A DNA stretch of 63,899 nucleotides, filler included. It is 8 parts of 8 records of this genome, joined end to end, with 100 filler letters (N's around TTAATTAATTAA, not from the genome) between each part and the next. Parts side by side here need not be neighbours in the genome. Positions count along the whole stretch, not along the records: positions 1 to 6,050 come from SRR31156797_33626; positions 6,151 to 14,013 come from SRR31156797_33631; 6 more parts are not named here. The stretch is one strand, 5' to 3'. Of the stretch, positions 1 through 9,696 are shown piece after piece. The position numbers and the translations under genes were made by a program. Under the pieces are notes generated by a model. That model saw only the letters and a program-made list of their open reading frames with translations. It was not told the origin of the DNA and did not search any database. Position 1 is the first letter of the stretch. Each line of letters begins with the position of its first letter.

Positions 1-2
1 GA

Positions 3-3000
3 ACGTCATCCCTGCTCCATAAACGAATCGAAAACGATCCTGATGATTTTCAAGCATATTATTACCTGTGCCAAGTTTACATGCAGATGAGAAAAATACG
101 CAAGAGCATCGATTTTGCGCATCTCTGTCTTGAAAAATTACCCTCCCCGGAAAAAACCGGTATTGACATATCGCTCTACGACTCGCTCTATCATACCATT
201 GCAAGCGGACAGATCGCATTAAAAGAATATGATGCAGCTGTAACAACCGCCAGAAAGGGACTTGAACGCCTTCCAGATGAGGTGGACCTCTATTACGACC
301 TTGCCTGCGCCGGGTATTTCAGCCGGAATTTTCACCTTCTTATTGAAGGGGCCGAAAATTACCTAAAAGTCGTGGACAGATTCAGAAGCACCACCGGAAT
401 CGCCGGTACCAGGGTGTTTTTTTCAACCGCTAAAAAAATCCAAGGCACCCTGGAATACTGGCTCATGACAGCCTATATTGCAACAAACAAACTTGACCGA
501 TTCCATACCCTGTGGAACCAGGCCAGATTGCACTTAATCGACACCCCAATACTCCAAAAAGAGCTCCTGACAATCCTTGAACGATCAAACGCCTGGGACG
601 CACTTGAATCGGTTGTGGCTTTTCTGTTTGAACACCGGAAAGAATGTGATCCGGCAGCCCGGGGACTTCTATTGGAGCATGCTATTTTCTTTGCACGAAC
701 CCATAAAGAAGATGACCGTCTCGAATCTCTCTTAACGGAATACCTGGATTTAACAAACGCTTACGAGGAAATCCCCCCCGAAACCAGCGTCATTATAGCA
801 GAGTTTCTTCTCACAAAAGGAATGGGAGACTTTTTTCTGGATCTAACCCTGGTCATGTTTGAAAAGCTGCAGACAACTAAAATGGCGGCGATTAACGATA
901 TTGCCGATACAGCCCATGGATACGGCCTCCTATCAAAAAAGCAACCCCACACCACCAAAGGACGGCTGACCGCTTCCATATGCTTAAGCCTTGCATGGAA
1001 TCTAACAAAAAACGAACAATACTTGGCAGATCTCGCAAATCTTGAGCAAAACAGCGATTCTTCCGAACAGGCAGGCATGACCGGAAAGAAAAACACGATC
1101 CCTTCCATATCGGGCAAGGAATCTCGATTCATCGCCCCCGTAGGCTTCAGAGCAGCCTTTAAAGAAATTGATATCACACCGGTAACTTCCGAACACACCC
1201 CTGTCCAGCTTCAAGGCATGACAGAAAAGGCAAGAAAAGCATATCAAGTTTCATCTCCCTTAAAACTGCAAATGCTTCTCATCGAAGACAAAAATCAGAC
1301 GAAACTGTTTTTTGTAACCGCTGACATTATAGGTTTTGACAACCACATTACAAATCACATAAGAGAAGCTGGAGAGCTTTGGGGAATTGCTCCTGCAGGT
1401 ATCATCCTCAATGCATCCAATACAAACCATGCCCCGGGAACGGTTTCCCATATTTCTAAAACTTTCGGAGAGTACGACAAGGACTATTCTCAAAAGATTG
1501 CCAACAGAATAGTCCACGAACTGACGATGCTGCATGGTGCCCTTGAAAATTCCGAACTCTATGTCGGAGACACCGAAGCCTGCATCGGTTCAAATAAAAG
1601 ATCACAAAAAATAGAGGACCTGAAATTTAAAAATACCGACGGAAACGGCTACGACCCCCATACTCCTTTCCTTATCCTGGACATAAATAAAAGTACCCGC
1701 CGAGTCGCATTGATAAATCATGGTTGCATCCCGTCGATTATTGACACAAACAACGGTCTATCTGCAGATTTCCCAGGTTACCTCAGGAAAGAACTGATTC
1801 ACAAAGGCAATATCGATAATGTCATGTACCTTCAAGGCGCTGCAGGAGACACCCAAGAAGCGTCTGAAAAAAACCATGGTTCAGGATTCTCCGGAACAGA
1901 ACTTGATGCAAAAAGAAATGGCAATTTACTGGCAGAAGCAATTAACAAAGCGCTTGAATCGGCACTGACGCCACTAGATGATCCAACCATATCATACACC
2001 AGTCAAACCATGTACCTTCCACTCAAAAAACTTCCAGACATACATCGCATCAAGCAATTGAAAAATGACGCAAACCGTGCTCCCCACGTAAGGGAATGGG
2101 CATCAAGACTGATTGCGGCCTACCCGACCGGCAATTTCCCCAACGCATTTGCAATGGATATCCAAATTGCATCAATCGGAAAAGGCGCAACCTTTATCTG
2201 CTTTCCGGCCCTCCCTGCTCCTGAGGTTGGAAAAGCACTTAAACAAATGACCGATGCGCCTAAAAATACATTTATCCTAGGTAATACGAACGGCCTTGGT
2301 TATATTCCAGACGAAGAAACCATCGAAAGCCAAGGGTATGAATATGAAACCTATCCATATTTTCATATGATGCCATCCCTGTTTGCCAAGGGAATAAAAA
2401 AAGAAATACAAACCAAGGCACAACACTGTTTAAACGAAATTCATGGTCCCTCCAGCCCTTCAAAGTGTAACAAACACGAAGAAAAAGGGACCATTTGGGA
2501 TTTTACCCGCTTCAAACACCAAAAATTCCCTGAGTACAACCTGAATAGTGATTTCTTTAAAAAAAACAATCCTGTAGCCTCTTTGATCAATCAAAAAACA
2601 GAGATCTCTTCTATGGGAAGTTGTTTTGCACGTAACATCGCAATTTTTCTGCAAAACAATGGATACAACTATCTTGTCACCGAAATACCAGCGAAGCAGG
2701 CGAGTGCCCACTGGGACCAGGTTGTTAACACACCCTGCATGCGCCAAATTTTTGAGTACACTTTTAATGATAAATGGGAGCCGATTGTCCGTTGGTGGCC
2801 CAAGGGAGACATGGTCCAAGACCCTTTCCGAAGACAGATTCTCTATAACAAAAATACATGCGAAGCTGATTTTCAAAGACATCGACAGGCTTCTTACAAG
2901 GCCCTTGCAAATGCACGAGTAATAATCATAACCCTTGGCTTGGTTGAAACCTGGAGAGATAGAAGAGACAAAATGACCTTTTACAAGGTTCCTTCTCCCA

Positions 3001-3374
3001 AAATCTATGACCCGGAAATCCATGAATTTTATTTACAGACTCCCCAGGACTGTATCACAGACCTTGAAAAGATACATACCCTGCTTCAACAGAACAATCC
3101 GGAAGCATCTATTATTATAACGGTTTCACCTATCCCCCTTATAGCGACATTTCGTAAAGGGGTGGACCCTGTGACGGCAAATGGCTATTCCAAAGCCACT
3201 CTAAGGGTAGCAGCGGAAACGTTTGCAAATGCGCATGAAAATGTCTATTATTTTCCTTCCTATGAAATCATAACCAGCGCAATGAAGACCCCCTTTGAAC
3301 CGGACGATAGACATGTCACCCAAGACGCCATAAAGGAAATGATGGAAATTTTTAAGACATGGTTCATGAGTTAA
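3..3374 (+). CDS. 5'-truncated multidomain protein: TPR region + neutral/alkaline ceramidase-like domain (degenerate) + C-terminal GSCFA (SGNH-like) domain
   Basis: Frame is open from base 3 (TSSLLHKRIENDPDDFQAYYYLCQVY), so the true start is off-contig. TPR-like helices come first. The middle has ceramidase-family hallmarks (FKEIDITP, LSADFPG, YLQGAAGD, GYIP..GYE). The C-terminus has SMGSCFARNI, ITLGLVETW, TVSPIPL, YFPSYE and DDRHV. Confidence 0.8.
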   Translation, partial: TSSLLHKRIENDPDDFQAYYYLCQVYMQMRKIRKSIDFAHLCLEKLPSPEKTGIDISLYDSLYHTIASGQIALKEYDAAVTTARKGLERLPDEVDLYYDLACAGYFSRNFHLLIEGAENYLKVVDRFRSTTGIAGTRVFFSTAKKIQGTLEYWLMTAYIATNKLDRFHTLWNQARLHLIDTPILQKELLTILERSNAWDALESVVAFLFEHRKECDPAARGLLLEHAIFFARTHKEDDRLESLLTEYLDLTNAYEEIPPETSVIIAEFLLTKGMGDFFLDLTLVMFEKLQTTKMAAINDIADTAHGYGLLSKKQPHTTKGRLTASICLSLAWNLTKNEQYLADLANLEQNSDSSEQAGMTGKKNTIPSISGKESRFIAPVGFRAAFKEIDITPVTSEHTPVQLQGMTEKARKAYQVSSPLKLQMLLIEDKNQTKLFFVTADIIGFDNHITNHIREAGELWGIAPAGIILNASNTNHAPGTVSHISKTFGEYDKDYSQKIANRIVHELTMLHGALENSELYVGDTEACIGSNKRSQKIEDLKFKNTDGNGYDPHTPFLILDINKSTRRVALINHGCIPSIIDTNNGLSADFPGYLRKELIHKGNIDNVMYLQGAAGDTQEASEKNHGSGFSGTELDAKRNGNLLAEAINKALESALTPLDDPTISYTSQTMYLPLKKLPDIHRIKQLKNDANRAPHVREWASRLIAAYPTGNFPNAFAMDIQIASIGKGATFICFPALPAPEVGKALKQMTDAPKNTFILGNTNGLGYIPDEETIESQGYEYETYPYFHMMPSLFAKGIKKEIQTKAQHCLNEIHGPSSPSKCNKHEEKGTIWDFTRFKHQKFPEYNLNSDFFKKNNPVASLINQKTEISSMGSCFARNIAIFLQNNGYNYLVTEIPAKQASAHWDQVVNTPCMRQIFEYTFNDKWEPIVRWWPKGDMVQDPFRRQILYNKNTCEADFQRHRQASYKALANARVIIITLGLVETWRDRRDKMTFYKVPSPKIYDPEIHEFYLQTPQDCITDLEKIHTLLQQNNPEASIIITVSPIPLIATFRKGVDPVTANGYSKATLRVAAETFANAHENVYYFPSYEIITSAMKTPFEPDDRHVTQDAIKEMMEIFKTWFMS

Positions 3375-3418
3375 GGCGTTAACCTGTGACTCAAAAACGA
3401 CAAAAGGCAATAACAAAG

Positions 3419-4627
3419 ATGCATCAGCAACCGGAAAATTCAAGCACGCTGTTGAAACAGGGAGAGCTTTATTTCCTGCAAGGGAATCACCAGCTTGCGG
3501 AAAAACACTTTCTCCATGTAATCAAACGATATCCCAACCTTGCAGAAGCCCATAACAACCTTGGGGTTATTTACTGGCAAACAAATCAACTAGAAAAAAG
3601 TATTGAACATTTTAAGCGGGCACTATCAATTAATCCGCAGAACCAGGATGCGATTGCCAACCTGAAACAAATCTCAGATATGCTTAAAAATGATTCCCAG
3701 ATAAAAAACAGCCCCATGGCACAAACAGCATCCGTATCAAAAGTGCTGGCAAGTTTGTCTGATTCTAAGGCCCACACCGGAATAGAGCAAGGAGGACTTT
3801 ACCTTGTGGACCTTGAAAAGAGGGAATGGGAACAGGTCATTAACCTGAACGATCTGCCCATGCCCCCGGAGAAACGGTACCGGGACAGACGTATCAGCGG
3901 AATCGCACAACACAAGGATCAGCTCTATTTAACTGCTGGGGATAAGCTTTTTATCTACAACCGACAGTTCGAACCAATAGAAGCCCACGACAATCCATAC
4001 CTGGAAAACTGCCATGGAATTGTCGCGTCAGGCAACAGGCTTTTTCTGACATCAACCGGGTTTGATTCGATCCTGGTGTTTGACCTGGTCGCCAGAAAAT
4101 TCATTGAAGGTTACCATATAAAATATAGTGCCACCGCCCATAGCCTCCACCTGTTACCATTTAATCCCGAATCGGAGAAAGGCCCATCCTCCGGTAATAC
4201 CATTCATCTGAACACCGTATACATCCATGGGAGCAAACTCTATTTTTCCTGCCAAAAACTTGACCGCTTTTTTTGTGTGCAAGAAAACGGCGTCATGGAC
4301 GCCATGGCCCAAATCCCCTTGGGCACCCATGCTGCAAGACCTTACAAAGAGGGTTTTTTAATCCCTTCGACAAATGGGCCCACCCTGAACCACCTGGATT
4401 TTAACGGCACTATGATTGAATCCTTCAATGCCCCCCTTTCCGTTGAAAGGTCTGATTCCGGATTTACAAGCAGCCTCTGTGTCATCGACAATGATTTAAT
4501 TATAGCAAGCGCTTCTCCGTCCACCCTCCTGGGCTACAGATCCGGACATAATGAGCCGACATTAATTGTCAATATAGCGGTAAAAAACGCCTGCTCCATT
4601 GACGCACTTGAGGTATGGACCCTTTAA
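3419..4627 (+). CDS. TPR + beta-propeller-like conserved hypothetical protein
   Basis: N-terminal TPRs (AEAHNNLGVIYW, ALSINPQNQDA), then a beta-rich repeat domain (GGLYLVDL, NPYLENCHGI, LTSTGFDSILVFDL). ATG 3419 chosen; GTG 3386 is an alternative. Confidence 0.7.
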   Translation: MHQQPENSSTLLKQGELYFLQGNHQLAEKHFLHVIKRYPNLAEAHNNLGVIYWQTNQLEKSIEHFKRALSINPQNQDAIANLKQISDMLKNDSQIKNSPMAQTASVSKVLASLSDSKAHTGIEQGGLYLVDLEKREWEQVINLNDLPMPPEKRYRDRRISGIAQHKDQLYLTAGDKLFIYNRQFEPIEAHDNPYLENCHGIVASGNRLFLTSTGFDSILVFDLVARKFIEGYHIKYSATAHSLHLLPFNPESEKGPSSGNTIHLNTVYIHGSKLYFSCQKLDRFFCVQENGVMDAMAQIPLGTHAARPYKEGFLIPSTNGPTLNHLDFNGTMIESFNAPLSVERSDSGFTSSLCVIDNDLIIASASPSTLLGYRSGHNEPTLIVNIAVKNACSIDALEVWTL

Positions 4628-4643
4628 ACATGGTATTTTTTTG

Positions 4644-6050
4644 ATGAAATCGATTTCAAAAAGCAACAAACTTTTCACCGAAGCCCAAGGCTGCTTCCAT
4701 GCCGGCGACCTGCCAAAGGCCCGGACCCTTTGTCAAAAACTCATACGCATCTCCCCCAACCACGCCGACGCCTATAACATGATGGGATTGATTGCCCATC
4801 TGTCGGGAAAAAATGAGGAAGGGGCAACGCTTATACAAAAGGCGATTCAATTAAACCCGAACGCATCAATATTGCACAACAATTTTGGAAACATTCTTTT
4901 TGCCCAGGGGAAAACCAGACCCGCTCTTAAAGCTTTCTTGAAAAGCGCTGAATTACAACCTGATTTTGCTAAAGCCCATTATAACATCGGCCTTACGTCC
5001 CTGGCCTGCAATGAATATGACCAGGCAATCAATGGTTTTAAACAAGCCATTCAACTTAAACCCGGTTTGGGCGCGGCCTATTGGGGACTGGGCAACGCCC
5101 TGATGAAAAAAAACCAGGTGGTGGCGGCCATTGACTCTTTTACCAGGGCTATTGAAATCGATCCGGCCGATCAGAAATCCAGCGTAGCCTTAAGCATTGT
5201 CCTGACATCCGTCGGTAACACGAAGGCTGCAAAAACCGTGTTAAAGAAAGCGCTCACCCATTTACCGGACAATCCTGATATATTATTCAATCTTGGCAAT
5301 ATTTTTAAGGATGAAAATCAAACAGAAAAAGCCATTGAGTATTTCCAGAGGGCACTTCAAACAATGCCCGCCAATGCCAAGATTCTCTATAATCTTGGAA
5401 CGACCTTTATGGAAGCCAAGCAATACCCAAAGGCCTTGCCCTATCTTGAAAAGGCGCTGAAACAGTCGCCAAACGCCCCGGACATATTAAACAACCTGGG
5501 TCTTATCAATTTTAATTCCGGTAATTTTAAGACAGCCATTGACTATTACAGCCTGGCCATTGAAAAACAGTCCGGTTTTTTCAAAGCCTACAACAATGCC
5601 GGAATCGCCTATAAAAAGCTTGAGCAAGGAGATAAAGCCATGGCAAACTTCAAGAAAGCCATTGCCCTGTCTCCGGAGTTCACCGAAGCATATCATAACC
5701 TTGCCGAAGTCCTGTGGGAGGGAGGGGATCTTGATGGAGCGGCGGAAAACTGCAGACAGGCCATATCCCTGAACCCCGATTTAACCCAGTCCCTTGCCCT
5801 ATATGCCTACATTATGAAATATCAATGCAACTGGACGGAGTTTGAAAAGGCATCGCTTCGCATTGATGATCTTCTTCAGAAAGAACTGAATCAAGGAGAC
5901 GCCATTGGTGAGACTCCTTTTCTGAACCTGATCAGAACCGACGATCCCGTCTGTAACCGAAAAGTTGCAGACGCTTTTGCCCGAAGCACCTCACGATCAG
6001 CAAAAGCGCTGAATATCAACTTTTCATTTGATCCCCCGCCCCAAGCCTGC
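4644..6050 (+). CDS. multi-TPR protein, probable O-GlcNAc transferase (GT41/SPINDLY-like), 3'-truncated
   Basis: About a dozen TPRs (AYNMMG, AHYNIG, ILFNLG, AYNNAG, AYHNLA), followed by QCNW...ETPF, which resembles the linker that precedes bacterial GT41 catalytic domains. The catalytic part is cut off by the contig end. Confidence 0.65.
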
Positions 6051-6150
6051 NNNNNNNNNNNNNNNNNNNNNNNNNNNNNNNNNNNNNNNNNNNNTTAATT
6101 AATTAANNNNNNNNNNNNNNNNNNNNNNNNNNNNNNNNNNNNNNNNNNNN
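6051..6150. other. artificial contig linker
   Basis: N44-TTAATTAATTAA-N44. Confidence 0.99.
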
Positions 6151-6193
6151 CCTGTTTTTCAAAGAGCGAAATCAAAGATTGATGGCACATGAG

Positions 6194-6847
6194 TTATCCC
6201 TTTTTTATGGAAACTACGCGTATCTTGTCCACCATTAAGGAGATCAGGAAGACGCTGCCGGAAGCCATGATAACCGAAGCGCCTGATATGAGATCGTACC
6301 GATACGACAGCCACAGGCCGGTGACGGAAAAGACCGCACCGAGTAGACTTGAAGCCACCATCATCTGAATTAGGGAGTTGGCGTATTTTTCGACAATGAA
6401 CGAAGGAATCGTCAAAAGGGCGATGACCAGAATGAGGCCGACGACCTGTATGACCATAACAATGGTGACAGCCAGCATGCCGATCAGGCCGAAATAGAGC
6501 TTTTTAACCGGAACGCCCCTGATTCGGGCGTATTCCTCATCATCGGAGATGGCCAAAAGGTCCTGGTAATAATAAAAACCCGCAGTCGTCATGATAACGC
6601 CGATAACGGCCATGAGGTTGAGATCCGACCTGGGAACGGTGAGAATACTGCCGAAAAGATAGCTCATCAGGTCCACGTTATAACCAGGCGTCATGTCGAT
6701 AAAAATAATGCCGAAGGCCATACCGAGTGCTCATATCACCTCGATGATCGTATCGGCACGATACTTAGCAGTATAAAGGTTCACATCCTCAAGTACGGTT
6801 TCCCCACTATAGGCGAAATCAAGATTGTTAATGTAGATGATCGTCAT
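6194..6847 (-). pseudogene. znuB: znuC'-'znuB deletion fusion pseudogene (Zn/Mn ABC ATPase N-terminus joined to the permease C-terminal part, with an internal TGA)
   Basis: One frame reads MTIIYINNLDFAYSGETVLEDVNL (ABC ATPase start, no Walker A), then [43 protein letters not shown] (ABC-3 permease). The TGA at 6733-6731 lies where a Trp would be expected. Confidence 0.8.
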
Positions 6848-6858
6848 GAAAGGACCAT

Positions 6859-7821
6859 CTATTTCAGCGCTGCCTTGAACTTGTCTGAGACCTGACGCAA
6901 ATTGGCCATCCACTCTTCAGCCAAAGGATTGGCAAAAGCCACCTGGCCACCAATCTCCCGTGCGATGAGTTCCGCACTTTTGGTTGAAAACTGGGGCTGT
7001 ACGAAAATTACCTTGATGCCATTTTCCCTCGCATGCTGGATCAATTTCTCCAACTGAGCAGGTTTGGGGTCTTTGCCTTCAATTTCGATGGGCACCTGTT
7101 CGAGCCCATAGGCATCGGCAAAATAGCCCCAGGCTGGATGGAATACCATAAATTGCAGGCCCGTTTCACCAACGAAGGTCTTTTTCAGATCGGTGTCCAA
7201 TTGATCTATCTTCGCTGCAAATGCTTTATAGTTGGCTTCATAAACACTCCGATGCACCGGATCGACCTCTTGCAGCGCAGCCAGAATGGTTTGGGACTGG
7301 ATTTTCACCAGCGGTGGCGACAGCCAGATGTGAGGATCAAGTCCGGCGTTTTCGTGGTGACCTTCATCATGCCCCTTTTCCTCATGGTGGTCAGCTTTTT
7401 CATGATCATGCCCATCCTCATGATGGTCGGCATCATGGTGATCCTCTGCGGAGTCTTCATGGTGGTGGGCAGCCATGGCGCGCTTTTCGATACCATGGTC
7501 CGTGTGTACCACACGCATGCTTGGATTGGTCGCAGCGATTTTTTCAAGCCAGGCGTTTTCGAAAGGGACACCGATGGCAAGATATAGTTTTGCCTTTGAT
7601 AGATCGGCCATCTGTTGGGGTTTGGGCTCATAGGTGGCGGGGCTGGAACCGGGCTGGACCATGGTCTGCACGTCCACCAAGTCCTTGCCAATTTGTTGCA
7701 CGAAGAATTTTTGCGGCACGATGCTGACAAACACGGGGATCTTGTCGGATGCAAAACTATTTCCCATAAATGTCACAAAAACAAATACAAAGAAAACAAA
7801 TAGTGTAGTCCAGCGATTCAT
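6859..7821 (-). CDS. znuA: zinc ABC transporter substrate-binding protein with His-rich loop
   Basis: Signal peptide, SPATYEP, His/Asp/Glu-rich loop, DPHIWLSP, FHPAWGYFA, FVQPQF. Confidence 0.92.
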   Translation of the reverse strand: MNRWTTLFVFFVFVFVTFMGNSFASDKIPVFVSIVPQKFFVQQIGKDLVDVQTMVQPGSSPATYEPKPQQMADLSKAKLYLAIGVPFENAWLEKIAATNPSMRVVHTDHGIEKRAMAAHHHEDSAEDHHDADHHEDGHDHEKADHHEEKGHDEGHHENAGLDPHIWLSPPLVKIQSQTILAALQEVDPVHRSVYEANYKAFAAKIDQLDTDLKKTFVGETGLQFMVFHPAWGYFADAYGLEQVPIEIEGKDPKPAQLEKLIQHARENGIKVIFVQPQFSTKSAELIAREIGGQVAFANPLAEEWMANLRQVSDKFKAALK

Positions 7822-7972
7822 TTCAGCCTCCTTTCGCAGGGGAACGGTTTTAGTGATGAGTTTAAACTATGCAAATTTGTTTATCCTTCTTTATCGTTGA
7901 ATCATTCACCGAATAGACTTATTAATGCCTTAATATATATATTAGAAAATATAATTACACCAAAAAATAATT

Positions 7973-7991
7973 AATGCAATATTATTGCATT
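7973..7991. promoter_or_regulatory. palindromic operator, putative Zur (Fur-family) box
   Basis: Perfect 8-3-8 inverted repeat AATGCAAT-att-ATTGCATT between divergent znuA and the hydantoinase-like operon. An extra half-site AATGCAAT lies at 8001-8008. Confidence 0.6.
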
Positions 7992-8034
7992 GATTCTGGG
8001 AATGCAATATAGATTTCGGCGATGAGGTGATCAC

Positions 8035-9696
8035 ATGAATATTCGTTCCAGGGATGCGGTGTACGGTATTGGTATCGACACTGGCGGCACCTATACTGAC
8101 GCGGTTCTTTTCGATCTGCTAAACCATCAGATTATCAGGGTTAGTAAAAAACCGACAATCCACCACTGTCTTGAACAAAGCATTGTTCAGGCACTTGATG
8201 ATATTTTACCTCTCGGTAAAGCCGTAGCTGTTCGGAAAATCGCATTTTCCACTACATTGGCCACAAATGCCATTGTAGAGGGACGCATGAGCAGAGTCGG
8301 CCTGATCGTTATCGGTCAGGTAAAACCGTTTGAAGCGCCGGTGGTTTCGGTTCGGTATGTGGAGGGCGGCCATGATCACCTTGGCCAAGAGGTCATGCCT
8401 CTTAAAGTAGATCAAATCGTTGAAGCAGTTGATGGCTTTAAGGGGCATGTGGACGCCTATGCAGTCGCAGCTTCCTTGAGCATCGAAAACCAAACGCATG
8501 AGAAAGTGGCAGCCAAGGCCATTGAATTGGTGGATCGGAAACCGGTTGTCTGTTCCAGCGAAGTCAGTTCCAAAGCGGGCATCCGTGAAAGGGCCGCCAC
8601 CGCGGTCCTCCATGCCAGCTTGATGCCCGTCATCCAGGAGTTCGCCAACCAAATCAGCCAGCTAAAGAAGGATCGGCTCCTTATTGCCGACACGCGGATT
8701 ATTCGAGGCGACGCCACGGCCAGCGATCTGAAACATGCTGTCGCGCGTGCCGCCAGCACCGTGGCCAGTGGTCCTGCTGCAACGGCTTTTTTCGGGGCCA
8801 AATCCACTGCTGCCAAGTTGGCGATGGTTGTTGACGTCGGCGGTACGACTACGGATATCACCTTCATTAAAAATGGAAAACCGGTGATTTCAACTGAAGG
8901 CAGTCTGATCGACCTCTGGCAGACGCAAATTGATGCCGTCGATATGCAAACCGTCGGTATCGGTGGTGACAGCCTTGTACGGCTAAACCGGTCAGGACAG
9001 CTGAGCGTCGGTCCTTTGCGGGTTCAACCGTTGGCAATGGCCCAAGGCATTCCTGATCCGTCAAGTTGGATCGGAGAGGAAAATCGTTGCCGATGGATTA
9101 TCAACGTCAACTCAAAAAAACAAGCCCAACCCACCACCTTGGATCCCGTTCTCGCCCACCTTCTGCGCGAGAAAGGGGCAACCCCAGCTGATATGATCGC
9201 CCAAATGGGTATGTCCGAATTTGGGCTTGACCGCCGGTTGGAAGATTTGGCTTTCAACAATCAAATTTCCGCAGTGGGCTTTACACCGACTGATGCGCTT
9301 CATGTGCTCGGCAAGTCTCAATTGGGAAACGCGGCTGCATCCATTGCAGGCGCTCGAATTCTGGCGGATTTGCGAGACGAGGAGATTGAGGCCTTTTCCA
9401 AAGCGGTTCTTGATGCGACGTATCAGAAAATTTCGAACGCCATTTTAGCCTACGCGTTTACGAAACAGACCGGAACGTCCATGGAGGCACTCACCTCGTT
9501 AAACCAAGATGTTCCGCTTATTTCTTGCCGCTTCAAGCTCGAAGTCCCCATCGTTGGTATCGGAGCAGCAGCCCGTTATCTTCTGCCTGAAGTGGCCAAC
9601 AGGTTACAGACCCAGGCGATATTCCCGTCACACTTCGAGGTGGGAAATGCCCTGGGCGCCATTATGATTGCATTGAACGGTGAAAGGGAAAAATGA
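8035..9696 (+). CDS. hydantoinase/oxoprolinase A-family (actin-like ATPase) protein
   Basis: GIDTGGTYTDAV, STTLATNAIVEG, SGPAA, DVGGTTTD, GIGGDS, FTPTDALHVLG, EVGNALGA. RBS GAGGTG. Confidence 0.9.
   Translation: MNIRSRDAVYGIGIDTGGTYTDAVLFDLLNHQIIRVSKKPTIHHCLEQSIVQALDDILPLGKAVAVRKIAFSTTLATNAIVEGRMSRVGLIVIGQVKPFEAPVVSVRYVEGGHDHLGQEVMPLKVDQIVEAVDGFKGHVDAYAVAASLSIENQTHEKVAAKAIELVDRKPVVCSSEVSSKAGIRERAATAVLHASLMPVIQEFANQISQLKKDRLLIADTRIIRGDATASDLKHAVARAASTVASGPAATAFFGAKSTAAKLAMVVDVGGTTTDITFIKNGKPVISTEGSLIDLWQTQIDAVDMQTVGIGGDSLVRLNRSGQLSVGPLRVQPLAMAQGIPDPSSWIGEENRCRWIINVNSKKQAQPTTLDPVLAHLLREKGATPADMIAQMGMSEFGLDRRLEDLAFNNQISAVGFTPTDALHVLGKSQLGNAAASIAGARILADLRDEEIEAFSKAVLDATYQKISNAILAYAFTKQTGTSMEALTSLNQDVPLISCRFKLEVPIVGIGAAARYLLPEVANRLQTQAIFPSHFEVGNALGAIMIALNGEREK

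Noticed and set aside
6051-6150. Recurrent TTAATTAATTAA palindrome flanked by Ns (7 copies) as a biological repeat or CRISPR-like array
   Set aside because: It is an identical synthetic six-frame-stop linker used to join contigs.
6731-6733. In-frame TGA in znuB as Trp or selenocysteine recoding
   Set aside because: Neighbouring genes use TGA as stop, the position is Trp-like rather than Cys-like, and the gene is also broken by a deletion.
7380-7470. CATGATGGT-like repeats as a DNA repeat array
   Set aside because: They simply encode the His-rich loop of ZnuA.
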